From Kudoa neothunni (Eukaryota; Animalia; Cnidaria): 64,000 nucleotides of DNA. This document shows positions 47,401 through 60,700 of this stretch, piece by piece; within the stretch, counting starts at the first letter, position 1; each line of letters opens with the position of its first letter. Made by a program: the position numbers and the translations under genes. The notes under the pieces are model-generated. The model did not search any database and was not told where the DNA came from. It was given only the letters and a program-made list of their open reading frames with translations. The stretch is taken from the NCBI GenBank assembly GCA_964304625.1, contig OZ199838.1, forward strand, positions 1,086,809-1,150,808. The letters are read 5' to 3'.

Positions 47401-50400
47401 GTGTCGTGTGAGCGTGATGGAATTGATTTTGGAAACCTTGATGAGATTGGTTGGATTTGAGAATGCGAAAGTTCAGGAGAAACTAGCCCAAGCAATGACA
47501 ATGTGAAATTATTATAAAAATTAACGTTTACTAAGATTTTTACCGATAGATTGGCTTTAAATATTCCATTTGAGCAAAGTTGCACCGAATCAGCATTCTT
47601 AGAAAGATGTTATTTGTTTGAGGAATTTCTAAAATTGAAAATCACCGAGAGCAATCTCACATACGATTCTATCGCCAAGAATTTGGAATGGATTGACCAT
47701 GGATGTGGGGAATTGTTGAGAAGATTGAATATGGAGTTTGTGACACGTTTATCTGATCAAAATTCGCTGGTAATATTTAATACATTATCTTCCGAGCGTT
47801 TCCTTATATTTTTGGTCTGATCTGATAATTAAAAATTATAATTTTATTATTGTTCGAATTTTAAAAATATTTAATTTTTTTCTTAATATTCCAACTTTTA
47901 TTAATTTATAAAAATAATTTTTAATAATTCTAGATAAAACGTGTTTTATACAAGTTCCTCTAGTGATTCTTTATTTCATTGAAATATTGAGTTTAATTTT
48001 TTTAAAATAATAGCTCTTATCGATGAATTTAACTTGAAATTTTTGAGTTATATTTGGAAGGAATAAATATTTAAAACTTTCCTTTCAAATCTAGCTATCT
48101 TCTAAATAATATTATTCTTAGAGAATGCTTACCTTTAATTCTTTATAATATTGAGATAATGGAATAATTGCATTAAAAATCTTTTCAATTTTCACCGAAT
48201 TTAATTATAACTTTGGTAAATTTAGATAATAAACAATTTTTTTTAATATTAAATAATAAACTTGTAATCAGTATTGTTATATATATTAATTAATACGCTT
48301 ATTTTAAGTTATCAAACATAAATATTATAATTAAAGTAACTTTAAGCCATGTCTTCACATCTTGTTTAATTATGACGGTATAGTCAAATTTTTTAATTGT
48401 CTTAAATATAATTTAGTTGTTAAATAATTAAATTATTAATCGGTTTTTAAATTTGTAGTATTTTAATATAATTGTAAATTACATAATCAGTATTATGATT
48501 GTAATTACCTTTTTTAATGAATATATTTAATTTTTGTGTTTAATGAATTTTTAATTTTATTATAATTTGATGTTATAATATTACGTGTCGAATTCCCTTA
48601 TTTTTGCGAATATTATTTATTAAAGATTTTAAAAAATATAAAAATTAATTAATGAAATAAATTAATTTGGAAATTTATTGATTATAATGATCAATTATGT
48701 TGTAAATATTATTGTTGGAATTATCGTATGTATTCAAATATTATTTAATATATATATTTACAAATATTTATGTATATAATATTGACAAATAATGTAAGTT
48801 TGAAATTAAATTGTTAAATATACAAAATTGGAATATAATTGTAATTTCTAATTTAAAAATGATGAGTGGAATTACTTCAATTATTGGAAAATTATTAAAT
48901 GAAAATATGCGTAGTATTTTTTGTTACATATAAATAATTGAAGAATTAAATAATTGTACGTACCAATTTTTAGTAAGATTGCAGTTTAAAATATAAATTT
49001 TTGACCAATTTTTGTTTAATCAAAATTATAATCTAGATGGATATTATAATATAGCTATTCTACGTGGAATTATCGTATTTATTCCATTATAACGCAACGC
49101 AACGCAACGATAAAAATTTTCTAGCTAATAGACAACTCAAATTTTACATGTGCGTTTTACTCGAATAAATTCGTTAATCCAAAAATAAATATGTATAAGT
49201 CATTGTCCTATCATGTTATGAATCGAACATTGAAAAATTCTAATTAAACAATAAAAGTTTTAGTTCGATATTTCGTTCAAAGTTAAATTTGTTCTGCCAA
49301 TAAACTCTTCATCATGGCTTTTATGATTAATCGACTGTTGACACTTATTATTCTTAGTCTAAATCGAAGAAAGGTATAAAAACATTTTTACTGATTTTTA
49401 GCCGAGAATTAAGAATATGTGTTCTAATTTAATATACATGATTAATATTTAAACATTTTTAATTAATAAAATTAATTTTATCTTTGAATTTATATTATTT
49501 TTTGAATAAAACATTGGAATTATATTTTTACAAAAAACAGCTTAAAAATCATCAAATTTAAAGATAATATTTTTTATGACATCCCCGGAAGGTCAATTGA
49601 ATAATTAATTACTATATAGATTGGCTTGGTTGGAGCTATATTTGTGATCTCGCGCAATTTCAGTCCACTACATTTTATGCATGCATGGAGAATTAATTGG
49701 TTCGAAAACTACGTTACAATTAAAGCGAAACAACTTGTGGATATGTTGGTTGAAAGTTCAGGTTATGAGCTATATTTTTCGTTGCTCAAACATACGAATA
49801 CTGGTTCGGATACTAACTGTCATCTTCAATTAATTAACGTATGATTAAAATATTTTAAATCTTCAGAAAGAATAATCGGTCTGAATCATAAATTATAGAT
49901 TTGTGCCGATTTACTGCTGTCCATTAAAAGCACACTTACAATAAACACCTCTGGCAGAGATGATTATCGATTTATGATGAATCATTTTTCAAAGTATTGG
50001 CTGCATCTCTTCAAGCACATTCTAAAGTATTTTTTTGGTAGAAATTTGATTATATTTATTCGCTCAGGTTGCTTCAGTTGTTAATCGCAGCATCTTCTAA
50101 CAATGAAACCATTTCTAAAATTGAAACTGTAAGTTTATGCTGTTTAAATAATTTTATTGTATGATTTAGCAAATTTCCAAATCGAACCGTCTATTTTTAA
50201 GCAATCCAAGCGATGTGGTTAGTTTTGAGAGTGCTATTGGGTTTAGCTTGAGTTGTCGTGAATTTGAGCTAGACGTCAATCCATACGAACCTACTAAGTT
50301 TGATCGAACACAGGATAACAAATCGTTGCTTGGCTCTGATAAAAACCATCCTCAATCGAATTTCTATCATCGAATATACTTAAATTTGTGCGCACTGTTT

Positions 50401-53400
50401 TCCAACTATCAACGTTGTTTGGTGGACAAAGAAACCGATAAATATCTGCATTTTGGTGTTGGTCTTTTAAGCGGGTTGAAAGTGTTGATACAATGTGGAG
50501 TTGATTCCACACTGTTGCTCTATTATATGGAAGAGCTTGTGAGTTGGTTGTCAATTGTAGTGGCATACTTTCCAACAATAACTCTAATGATTTTTAAAGA
50601 AATCATACGTTGTTTCAGTTCCACTTCTACCTACGATGAAGTTTATAACCAAGTGTATTGTACCTCATGGTTTGATAACAGGAAGCCCATTCCCAGCTCT
50701 ACACATTTGTCTGCAATCCACGCGATTTACGCTTATTATAGCCCCAAGCGAATCACCTTTAAACAGTCTGAGCGTACCATAGAAGCTGTTGACTTCAACC
50801 TAACGGAATTAGTTCTGTTTTGGAATATCAGTTCTCAAGCTACTCACACCAACCTAGTTGCTACCAACCAACAATTAACTCGTTCGTTCTACGCTCATTC
50901 TTTTGATCGGTCTGTATTAAGATCAGTTCTCGCACTGTTTGATCCAGTGGTAAAGTACGCCCAAAATTCCTATCTCAAATCAAATGATATCACATTGGAT
51001 ATAATGATTTTGGACGTTATGTGTGCACTTTTGGTGCACGATGATCGGGGAAATTATAGCACTGAGTTTGATCCTATATTCAAGTTGATTAGACAGCAAC
51101 TATGTGATGTGTTTGTTAGTGTGAGTGATGAGCCAATCAAAGCTTTACGCTCGTCAGTAAGAAGTTTTCATCGGAAATGTCCTACATACATTATGTTTTT
51201 ATTCAAATATTTGATATTTCTCGGCCATACTCTAAAGTTGAATTCGTCTGAAAGTGTATTTTTGGAAAATAACCCTAATTTCCATAATAATTTCCTCTCA
51301 GCAGACAGTCTTATATCATTGTTAGCTGATTACTGTTCTCAAAAGGAGTATTCTGAGTTGTGCGTGGTCTCCATAGCCATTAATTTGTTGTTCAAAATAA
51401 CTGAGTTAGAAATGGTGCCTATAGAGCACCCCCAGCTGAATCTTTATTTGAATTATGCTATTGGTAATAACATACGCAATGAGAATAACCCCTCGATAAC
51501 GAACACTACTACAGATGATAGTGTATTTGAAGTTTGCTTAATGATTCTTTCATCAAACGTCAATCTTGTGTATATTCTCGAGTTGGTAGGGAAGTTAACT
51601 GTCTATTTTGAAGGCAAGAACCAAACCACTTTATCGGAAAGAATAGTGTCAATAGTTTGGCCCCATTTGCAGCGGTGGCTTATTTCATACGAATGTGCTC
51701 TTGAAGTGGAGGAAATTTATTTTAATGTATTTAAGTTGTTGGATTTGTTTTCAACATTTTCGTATATTCGTCAAAACGATCTCTATTCAAATATTATATT
51801 AAAAAATATGAATTTCATAACGACTGTTGAAAATAATGAGACAGGTTCTAAAAATTTCACCCTCCCAATTAATTTTAAAAAAATTCGTGCTGTCCTTCTA
51901 TCAACTCTGATGTTTTCCCTGGTTTGTCGAAGAATGAATGCACATTTGTTATCCAGTCTATCGTTTGATGTATCATTTATAGTGAATTCGTCTCTTAAGC
52001 TTATTTCCGACCCTACTCAGTTAATCCTAATGTACGGGACTATTTTAGTTGAAAATGGATTATCTATTATCAACAATACTATCACTTCTAACGAGCACTC
52101 CTTAGCGATAGATTCGCTACTGTTAAATCTATTGAAAAACGAAATATCCACCGCCATTTGTAACATATCGTTATTGTGTAATGGAAACACTGTATTGAGA
52201 GAGTTTTATACTGCGTATCAATCATTTATTGTCGATGGTAAAAACAATGAGGTAGCTATGCTTTTTAAAGAGAAAGTTGACCAAATAACCACACATCTAA
52301 TGCACAATTTGAGCTATTATCTCGAATCTGCTTATATTTGGTTAGTCAGTATGTACGACTATGACTATGATGAATTTTCGAAAATAAAGCGCCTTGTGAG
52401 CAAAAACGAAGCATATGTTATATCGGAACTTATAACCACATTTACTTGGTTCAAAATTGATCAAATTTTTCATAAATCTAGCTGTTCGGCTGTATGATTT
52501 TACAGCATATTCGAAATCATGATGTTTGTAATTGTTTTTGAGGCTGAAGTTAATTTCAATCATTTATAAGTATCTCTAATTATTCAAATGAGTTTAAAAT
52601 CTTAAATATAACACTTCATTCTTTTTATTATATTTTTTTTATATTCTTTGATTAAAATTTATACTCTTAATAAAAGTAGATTTTATTATATAGAAATCCC
52701 AAAATATTAAAAAATAATATATAAAACATATTTTATAAATGATTAATTATGATTATGAATTTTTATTCGTATAAATACGGATTATAAGCAATATATTTAA
52801 TATATAATTTTATTTTTTTATATTATAATGTAGCAATTTATGGTCCAATTACAATATTTTATCTCAGCCGGAATCACAATTACTCCAATTTAAGTTAACT
52901 ATATTTTGTAATATAATATGTAGATCAATTCATCTGCCCAGTTTAACGACATTAATATAAGTGCTATTGAGAATATGCTCCCACCACTCTGCCCAATTAT
53001 GTCGTTCAAGAAGCATTCGTGCGATCAGAAACTAAAGTTGTTAGTGTATATTCTTAATTATAAATGGAAATTAATTCAAAAGTTTTACATATATCTTATA
53101 TATATATATATATATTAGATACTTAATGAAAATTGGTTTGATGGGAAACGAAGCATATATGAACTGCTTGATTGAGGATATACTCAATAGGAAACCATTA
53201 GAGAGCGTGAAAATAATACACCAACTAACACATTTTTCGTCCGAGTTGTTATCGAAAGAGCAACTTATTCAATATTTTTGTTTTTTCATCTCAAAAATAC
53301 CTTTACAACCCAAGTACATTGTGGTGTTAAATTGTGTGGACGAGTGGATCTTCCGTCTTGCTGAAAATGGCAGAATAATTGATGTGAGTTCTGGCTTGAC

Positions 53401-56400
53401 AAATATTAATAGATTTAATTTTCTCCATAATAGTTATCAAAATTAATAGATAATTTGGATTTATCTAGCATAAAAAATTAGTAAGCCTCCATCTTAATTA
53501 TTTTAGAACTTAACAATATTAGTTTTCCAAAATTGGAGCGTGTATTATCAACCCAAACCCCTCCTAATCATTTATTTCACACCAATAGCAATAAGAGCAA
53601 TGTTAGTATCGATTTTATGATGACACACATTAACGACTCATGTATTACTTTTCAACAAATTAAATATTCATTTTATTCTTTATTGTAGTTAAATCTTCAA
53701 CTTTCAATCCACTAGATATACCCCTTATATTGCCGTATATACTAAGAATGGATGTCTCCTCGCTGATCAATGTCTTTAATGCTACATTGGTAATTCAATC
53801 ATTATAAAATTTATTTATTTATTTAATTTATGTATATATGAAAGAATTCTAATGTATTGCAACTTCTCTATAACACAATGGGTAGTTTTATGAGATTATT
53901 GTGTGGGAAACAACGCAAATCATTTTCTATGGTACTTATAAACTCAATGATATATACAGAAAGTATATTTGTGGAATAGGATGCTGAAGTGACTGATCAC
54001 AGCAACGACTCCATTCATACCAGTAGTTTTGTGGCCGACCCCAACTACACCAAATTACTCGCTCTTATGGATATCGTTGAAGATATAGTTTATCAATTAT
54101 TTCTGGATATCAATTATGATGAGAACCTTTTTTGTATTTCCTCTCCATCTCCGCCTTATGAGCATCTCTCACACATAACTCAAACTCAACTCGAAATATT
54201 CTTTCATCTAGTTCGTATTGTCGACATGATCGTCTACACTATGATTATGTTCAATATAAAATGGGAATTTTGCGACACCTTTCTACATATTGGACTTCAT
54301 TCGACAAATATACTGACTAACGTATTGTTTATATAAACAATTTTGATTAATAATACACGTATAAAGTTCTATCGATATCAATCCAACAAACAATCCTCCG
54401 TCAATTTCAAAGCGTACTGTTATGATTATTACATGGTCGCTTGCTTAGATATGGCTAACTGTGGTAAATAATCTTTTGTTCTCTCTCAGCTTATTACTTG
54501 TTAGATTTCCAATTGCAATTCTATTAGAGCTCAACTCTCCGATCCTCTTGTTGTCAGCATCTACAACAATGTCATCCGCACTTTATTTCATCGTTTTTTC
54601 GAACGTGTTTTCTTGATTTAATTAATTCTATTTTAATCAATGTTATTTAGCATATGTATGTTATGATGATGCATGGATGAAGTTGCTGAACAATATTACT
54701 CATTTATCTACGTGTAGTTTCAATTTTTGAAGTCTGATAAAAATTTGCTTCTTAGTGCTAAAGAAACCAGAAAATTCGGTGATACAGTTGTGCTATGCGA
54801 TTGGAATAAATGCAAACATTCCTCAGTTTGCCTAACCTTAACAACTGCTGTTGCACTGAAAATACGTTTTCATTTGCTCCAAAACATGATTCCCTTTTCC
54901 GCTGCCAACATCGAAAAAATTTCAAACTTTTCCAAAGTTTCCCATGGCTGCTCATTAGGGCTGTTGACATGCATCAAGAGATTCATATATTCGCTATCGA
55001 GACACTTACATTTTAGTGTTTTTGTTAGAATGCCGTTTTCAATTTTTAACGAAGATATTTCCCAATGGGGGAACTATTTTGAATTTGTGGATAAACAACT
55101 CGAATATTCTCCTTCTTGTATCACGGCCAAGTCGAGTATTTCCACCGAATCGACATCCAACCATACCAAGATCTATCCCAACTTTTCCATGCCCATAATG
55201 GACATATTTCTTTTGCTCAACAACAAACAATATCTTTGTGATTTCATTATGAAATTTATCTATTTTGGTAATGTTATTTTTTTCTATATTTCCAATCATT
55301 CACAATAGGTTGGAATGAGGCCACTGATTTTGAAGAACAATCACTTATTTTATTGGGCCTGTTCAACTCAACCAACTCCGACGAAACTCAACACTTGGAA
55401 GAGTACTATGAAGAGATGGAATTTTGTGATTTTCTAACCAAAGTCGTCACCCAGTTTTTGCGATTGTCTAAAACAACCCGATTCCCTGGAAACCCCTTAT
55501 TCAGATGTGATACGTTCGCTGTGAGTGAAACGCTGAAAAATATCCGCCCTAACGATCAACAGTATTAAGCAGGTCTATCAATAGTTCTTAATTTTAAAAC
55601 TAATAACAGAGTGGACAAAATTGTCGATACTACGGGGGTTTACAATGGTTGCCTTTGTTATGCGATGGCATCTCAATTCTCCCAACATTTTCATTGCCAG
55701 AAACAATATAAGATATCACAACTCACCCACCAATAGATCCAACTTTAATCTCGAATGCTATGCTTCCACTAACAGAATTTACTATTACAGTGATGTATTT
55801 GGAATTTTAGTGTATTTAAATTAACTGTTGTGTTGGTTGACGTATGTAGAGTGTGGAGAGAGTTTTTAAAAATCTGGAATCAGCCACTCCACAAAACTCC
55901 TTACTCCCCGTCAGGAATAGCAACATCAAATCAACCATCAGTGTTCATTCTCTGTGTATATATCTCTTGGAGTTTTATCTTTCTATTATCACAAACAAAC
56001 TAAACAACGCATCTTTCGATTACTCGAACCCGCTTCAACTCAACATCATAAAACAGGTTTATTTGACTATTGAATAGAATAATGAAACGAAGTTCTTATT
56101 TTGTTTCTCTAATTGTAGATATTTTATATAATGGATTTTATCAGTTCGACCAAAAATGTGGTAATGGTCGCAGATATTTGTTTGTGTCTTTGTTCACCAA
56201 AATATTTAGAATATTGAAAATGAGTTTGTATACGGCCTTCTTGTGTTACTTTTCACAAAGGTGACAGTGGTTTTTAAGTCAGGTTGGATTTTACTCAACT
56301 AGGATAATTTGTATTTTTTCCTATTTAGCTCAATATAAAACATAAAATCGGCGAAGTGGTTGTTGGAATGTACGATCAAATCTCCAACAAACCTGTTTCT

Positions 56401-57952
56401 TCTCTTTCTGGTTGAACTAACGGTATTTACCATACCTGGAGAGTAGTATTGAAGATATTATAGTTTTATTTGACCGCCTCGCTGACAATAATTGCTAGAA
56501 TGTCAACTCCCTTCCTTCTTAAAGCCACAGTCTCAAAACTTGTTCACAACTTAATCAGCTTCAATTTTCCAAGACAGTAATTTTCGATGGACTTGTGTTC
56601 AATGTAGCTATTCATATTATAAATAGTTGTTGTCTGTTGTACAGCGTATACACTTGGGCACTGTGTTTCGAAATGCACAGAACCTATCCAACCGACGGAG
56701 AATGTTTGGCAAACCACCTTAACCTCTTTCGAGTATACTTTTTAGTTGAGTTTATGTTGAATTTCTTCGCTAAGATGTACTCTACTGGTAACAATGAATC
56801 TCATAAGGGCCTAAACACTTTCCAATGTGACGTCCTCAACAATCACAGCCCCATCTTACTCAACCGTGTGCTGTCAATGTTGGTAGGGTTGTACAACATG
56901 AAAGAAATTTTTCTGAATTCCTTCAAACAATCTCAAAGCACCCAATTGTAAGTCCAAATTTTATAATTTCAATACGAATTCATTTTTATTTGTTGTTTAA
57001 GTCGAAACGTTATCGATTCTATTCCCTACCTTTCGATCACCATCATGTTCAAATATGTTATGAAGTATGGCGATCCTTCACCAGAGCAAATTGATGCGTC
57101 TGGCGAAATTAATTCTATCAATAACGATATGAGTGCGGTAGAGCAATCATTATCCAACGCCAACATTTTGATGGAGAAGTACCAGCTTTTTCCTGCAACT
57201 TTTCAAAACTTTGTTTGTCATAGATTGAAAACAGGGAACCACGGCGAAAATGTTGTAGTGACTGTTCTAGTTGAACAAACCATGATAAACTACTACAATG
57301 TGTTGACTTATATCAATAAAATTTTTGCTATGGTAGTCAATAGTCAAGTTTACGATATTAGAATATGTGTCAAATTGATGTTCGATGTAATTTGAAAGTT
57401 ACCTGTTGTCATTTCCACTTTCTTAGATGTTCGAAATGCTGTTGAATTCAAATCAAGGAGTGTGTTTGAAAACTTGGTTGTTGGTTTCTTTAACTCACTG
57501 CATCAATCGGTATAATTTTGATTAAAATTTAAAATCGGATGAGCTAATTATTGTTTAGACCTGCCTCATCACACTCAATATGGTGTGCTAGTTGTTTCTT
57601 GACTGCAGCTTCAAACAATTTCCACATACGAAATATGTAGTTATTTGTCGATTGGTTTCTCTCTTCATTGATTTCCTATCATTATCTATCTTATTAATTA
57701 ATAGGTTCGAATGGTTGTTAGTCCGCAGAGATAAAATCGAAGAATATGATCTCATCTATTTCATGTTGATTTGTACTAATTTGATGAAGGATCACGTACG
57801 TCTTTATGAGGTTTTTTGGGTTAATCTTTGAATAATAGGATTTGTCAACTGCCCAAAAATTAGACTTTATTCTTGGTCTTGAAATCAGCTCAAAATTCTG
57901 CAAATTCTATGGTCTAGTTGCGAAACAATGTCGTAAAACACTCGAAATGTAG
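44451..57952 (+). CDS. HTT: Huntingtin (highly divergent, multi-exon HEAT-repeat protein)
   Basis: Colinear matches to recalled HTT landmarks: LFGFCDTNSSDLRHNSHECLVRLFK ([26 protein letters not shown]), YNNHNITNAVLHALSSFL (HQDHNVVTGALELLQQLF), AIFVISRNFSPLHFMHAW, GWNEATDFEEQSLILLGLF (GWTSRTQFEETWATLLGVL), FPGNP and INKIFAMVVNSQVYDIRICVKLMFDV ([26 protein letters not shown]). The stop is TAG at 57950-57952. Not every internal exon was resolved. Confidence 0.88.
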
Positions 57953-58039
57953 ATCTCCAATCTGATAACCACTTTCACATCATACATTTTCTATAAAATA
58001 CAAACGCTTCATTCCTCATATAATCTATAATCATTTTTC

Positions 58040-59228
58040 ATGTTTGTCTCGTAAAATATCTTGAAAGATATTTCCATTCAATCCAATCTGACTGATATCT
58101 ATTCTATTTTTGAGGTTACAAATAATAAAGGTAATAAAAGTAAAAGTACGATGGTTGACCGATTTTTCGCACTTTTCGAAATCATACAATAGACGTTATA
58201 GAAACGTTCAAATATTCAAGGAATTATTATAATTCCCCCTTTTATAATATTTGTGAAAGTTTACATCGGTAAAACGTTGTTATCCCTGTTATTTGATGAA
58301 AAGATGGATTAACCATTTTTCCGCCTTTATTCCTATCTTTGCTCTCATAAGCATGCGATAAAAATAATTCTCCTTAAAACTGTTTTATAAAATTCAAATT
58401 TTGTTATCTTTGATAAACGTACACATTGCTTTACGATAATTTGGACTTCCGCATGGATACAAATCTCATTGACAAACATTTACCGGCTACTTTATACTTT
58501 ATCGTGTTATTCCCTGTATTTACTGAGGGTATTCTACGTCAAGAGGAATACTAGAATTAAAATGATGTAATAATTCTAATTTTAATAAGTGTAGCTAAAT
58601 TAATAATAATTAATGCAAACGTATTGACGATAATTCTTTTTCACTTAATGTACAAGGCACACATCCTATAATTTAGATTTGTTCATAAGGACCCTTAATT
58701 ATACTATAAACTGAATGTAATATATTATTTAGAAATATAATTTAAGTAAAATGAGGGTGGAATAATCTAATTGTATAAATTATAAATTTGTGGGGACAAA
58801 CTTAATTTCCCCTATGATTATTGCGCATAAAACAGCGAAAAATCAGTTGTGACCTATTTTTCGCCCTTTTTTTAGTGGTTCCAAGGGGATTACAAAAAAT
58901 CGGTTACCCACTGTCGTACCTTACTGCCTATCTCACATAATCAAGTAAAATAAACCATCTAAGTTAAATTATTCTTCAAATCAAATTATCGATAAATAGA
59001 ATACCTCAAAATATCATAAAATATATTACAACCTTATATAATTAAAAAGAGAATAAGTCAAAATTATGCAATAAATAAATTAATTAAAGTTTATTATTAA
59101 ATGTACTCTACAATGACTCCCCTGTCCACAGTAGTAGCTTTCCACACCCCCTAGTTGCGGAATACTCTTCCAATGACAAGTAAGTCTAAAAACCCAAACG
59201 AATGATACGATACAGTCGACAAAAACAT
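58040..59228 (-). other. Possible small multi-exon gene or pseudogene, unidentified
   Basis: GC-richer blocks alternate with short GT..AG AT-rich segments on the minus strand, and an ATG at 59228 lies 22 bp downstream of a TGCGCATGCGT motif. I could not assemble a continuous frame. Confidence 0.25.
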
Positions 59229-59604
59229 AGAAATCAGGGGAGATATTTGTGCGCATGCGTCTGATAATAAACAACATAGAAACCGCCCCCGCCATCAAAT
59301 AAATTTTAAGTTTCAAAAAATTAAACTTCTGAAAATTAGTTTAAAATTTATTGAGCTTATTACAAGTGTGTGAAGCATAAAACAACCTCAGAAACTTGAT
59401 AAATTTAATAAGATCCAAAAATATTTGAATTTTATATTCAGAAAAATACACGTAAAACGTATAAAATGAAAATATGTAATAAGAACAGATTTGTATGTTA
59501 GGGTAAGGTAAGGTAAGGTAAAGTAAATGGGTTAGAGAGCCCACCAATATTCCACACCTTTCTCCTTGAGATATCTCTTGAATCTCTAACAAATAATGTA
59601 TATC

Positions 59605-59834
59605 AGTGAAAAGACTTGAAACAGCTAATCACATATAGATTGTGGTTGGTAGTGGTTTGGCGTTGGCTTTGAAGCTTTTCCTCATTGACCAACTACAATA
59701 ACCAGATTCAAATTAAGATGATTGTGTAAATATTTTACAAGGTCATCAATAAATCCGGGAACTGTCATAAGTATTCCAATTGCACAAAAGTACGCAGCAA
59801 ACGGTGGTACAAGCAGAATGAAACTGTGTCTCAT
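59605..59834 (-). CDS. Small hydrophobic protein, or the 3' exons of the upstream membrane-protein gene
   Basis: MRHSFILLVPPFAAYFCAIGILMTVPGFIDDL, then a GTAAAA..TTGTAG intron, then LVNEEKLQSQRQTTTNHNL. A TGCGCATGCGT motif lies 10 bp upstream of the ATG. Confidence 0.35.
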
Positions 59835-59899
59835 TTTAATATTTGCGCATGCGTTATGAATGCGCAAAAAATTCAAAATTCAAAATCCAACAAACATAC

Positions 59900-60700
59900 A
59901 AACTATCTACAAAAATGACCATGCATTTAACCATTATTAATTGATCGATGGGAATTTGAGTGATGGCTCGATTCTCTAAAATAATTTATAATTAATCAAA
60001 TAATCAAAATTAGTTTATTCTACAATAATTCGAAACAAATTAATTACTCGTATATCCATGTATTCGATAGTCATTGTGGTGAATTGAAGAGCAAGTAATA
60101 AACCGGATGCAACCGCAAACAACCCACCCAACATAAATATAACATTGCACTGATTTCTATAGCTGCAATAGACAGCCAATCCCAGAGCAGTATGAATGAT
60201 TGAACCAATCCCATAGAGACAGATTATTATAAGGTCATCACGTAAAAATGGAGGTAGCCGATCGTTTATCTGGAATGTGATCATCATAAAATGAGTGAAT
60301 GCGAAAAATATTGACAGAGAAGATGCCAATAAAAGACACTTTCTTCGACTGTTGGGTTTCACTGCACATTTAAAACAACAACAACACACACTTCCCGCCA
60401 ACATCATAGTGATACATAGATTTAGAAGAATAAAAAAGATTCTAATTTTGAACTCCATTGTTTGTGAATATTTTGTGATAAATCGAACCCATCTTACAAA
60501 CGCATCCAATTCACTCACTGTTTTCCTGATGTTGATATTTGGAAGAGGGATGGAAATATTGGCCGAAGGGATTTCTATACTTTTCCTTGGTGTGTGTGTT
60601 CTAGCGAGAAAATTCCAAACCATAAACACAACCGGTTTCAACCTAACTAACGCCGGATCTGGATCGGTGGATGGTGTGTTTGATTGAATGCGGTAGGTTG
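59900..60700 (-). CDS. Unidentified multi-pass membrane protein (4 predicted TM helices, CCCC cluster); boundaries uncertain
   Basis: The 208-aa ORF 60015-60641 has four hydrophobic segments and SVCCCCFKC after the first. A splice donor follows MDIR. Confidence 0.55.

Noticed and set aside
58856-58885. U5 snRNA loop-I-like TTCGCCCTTTTT
   Set aside because: It lacks the invariant GCCUUUUAC and the flanking U5 stems.
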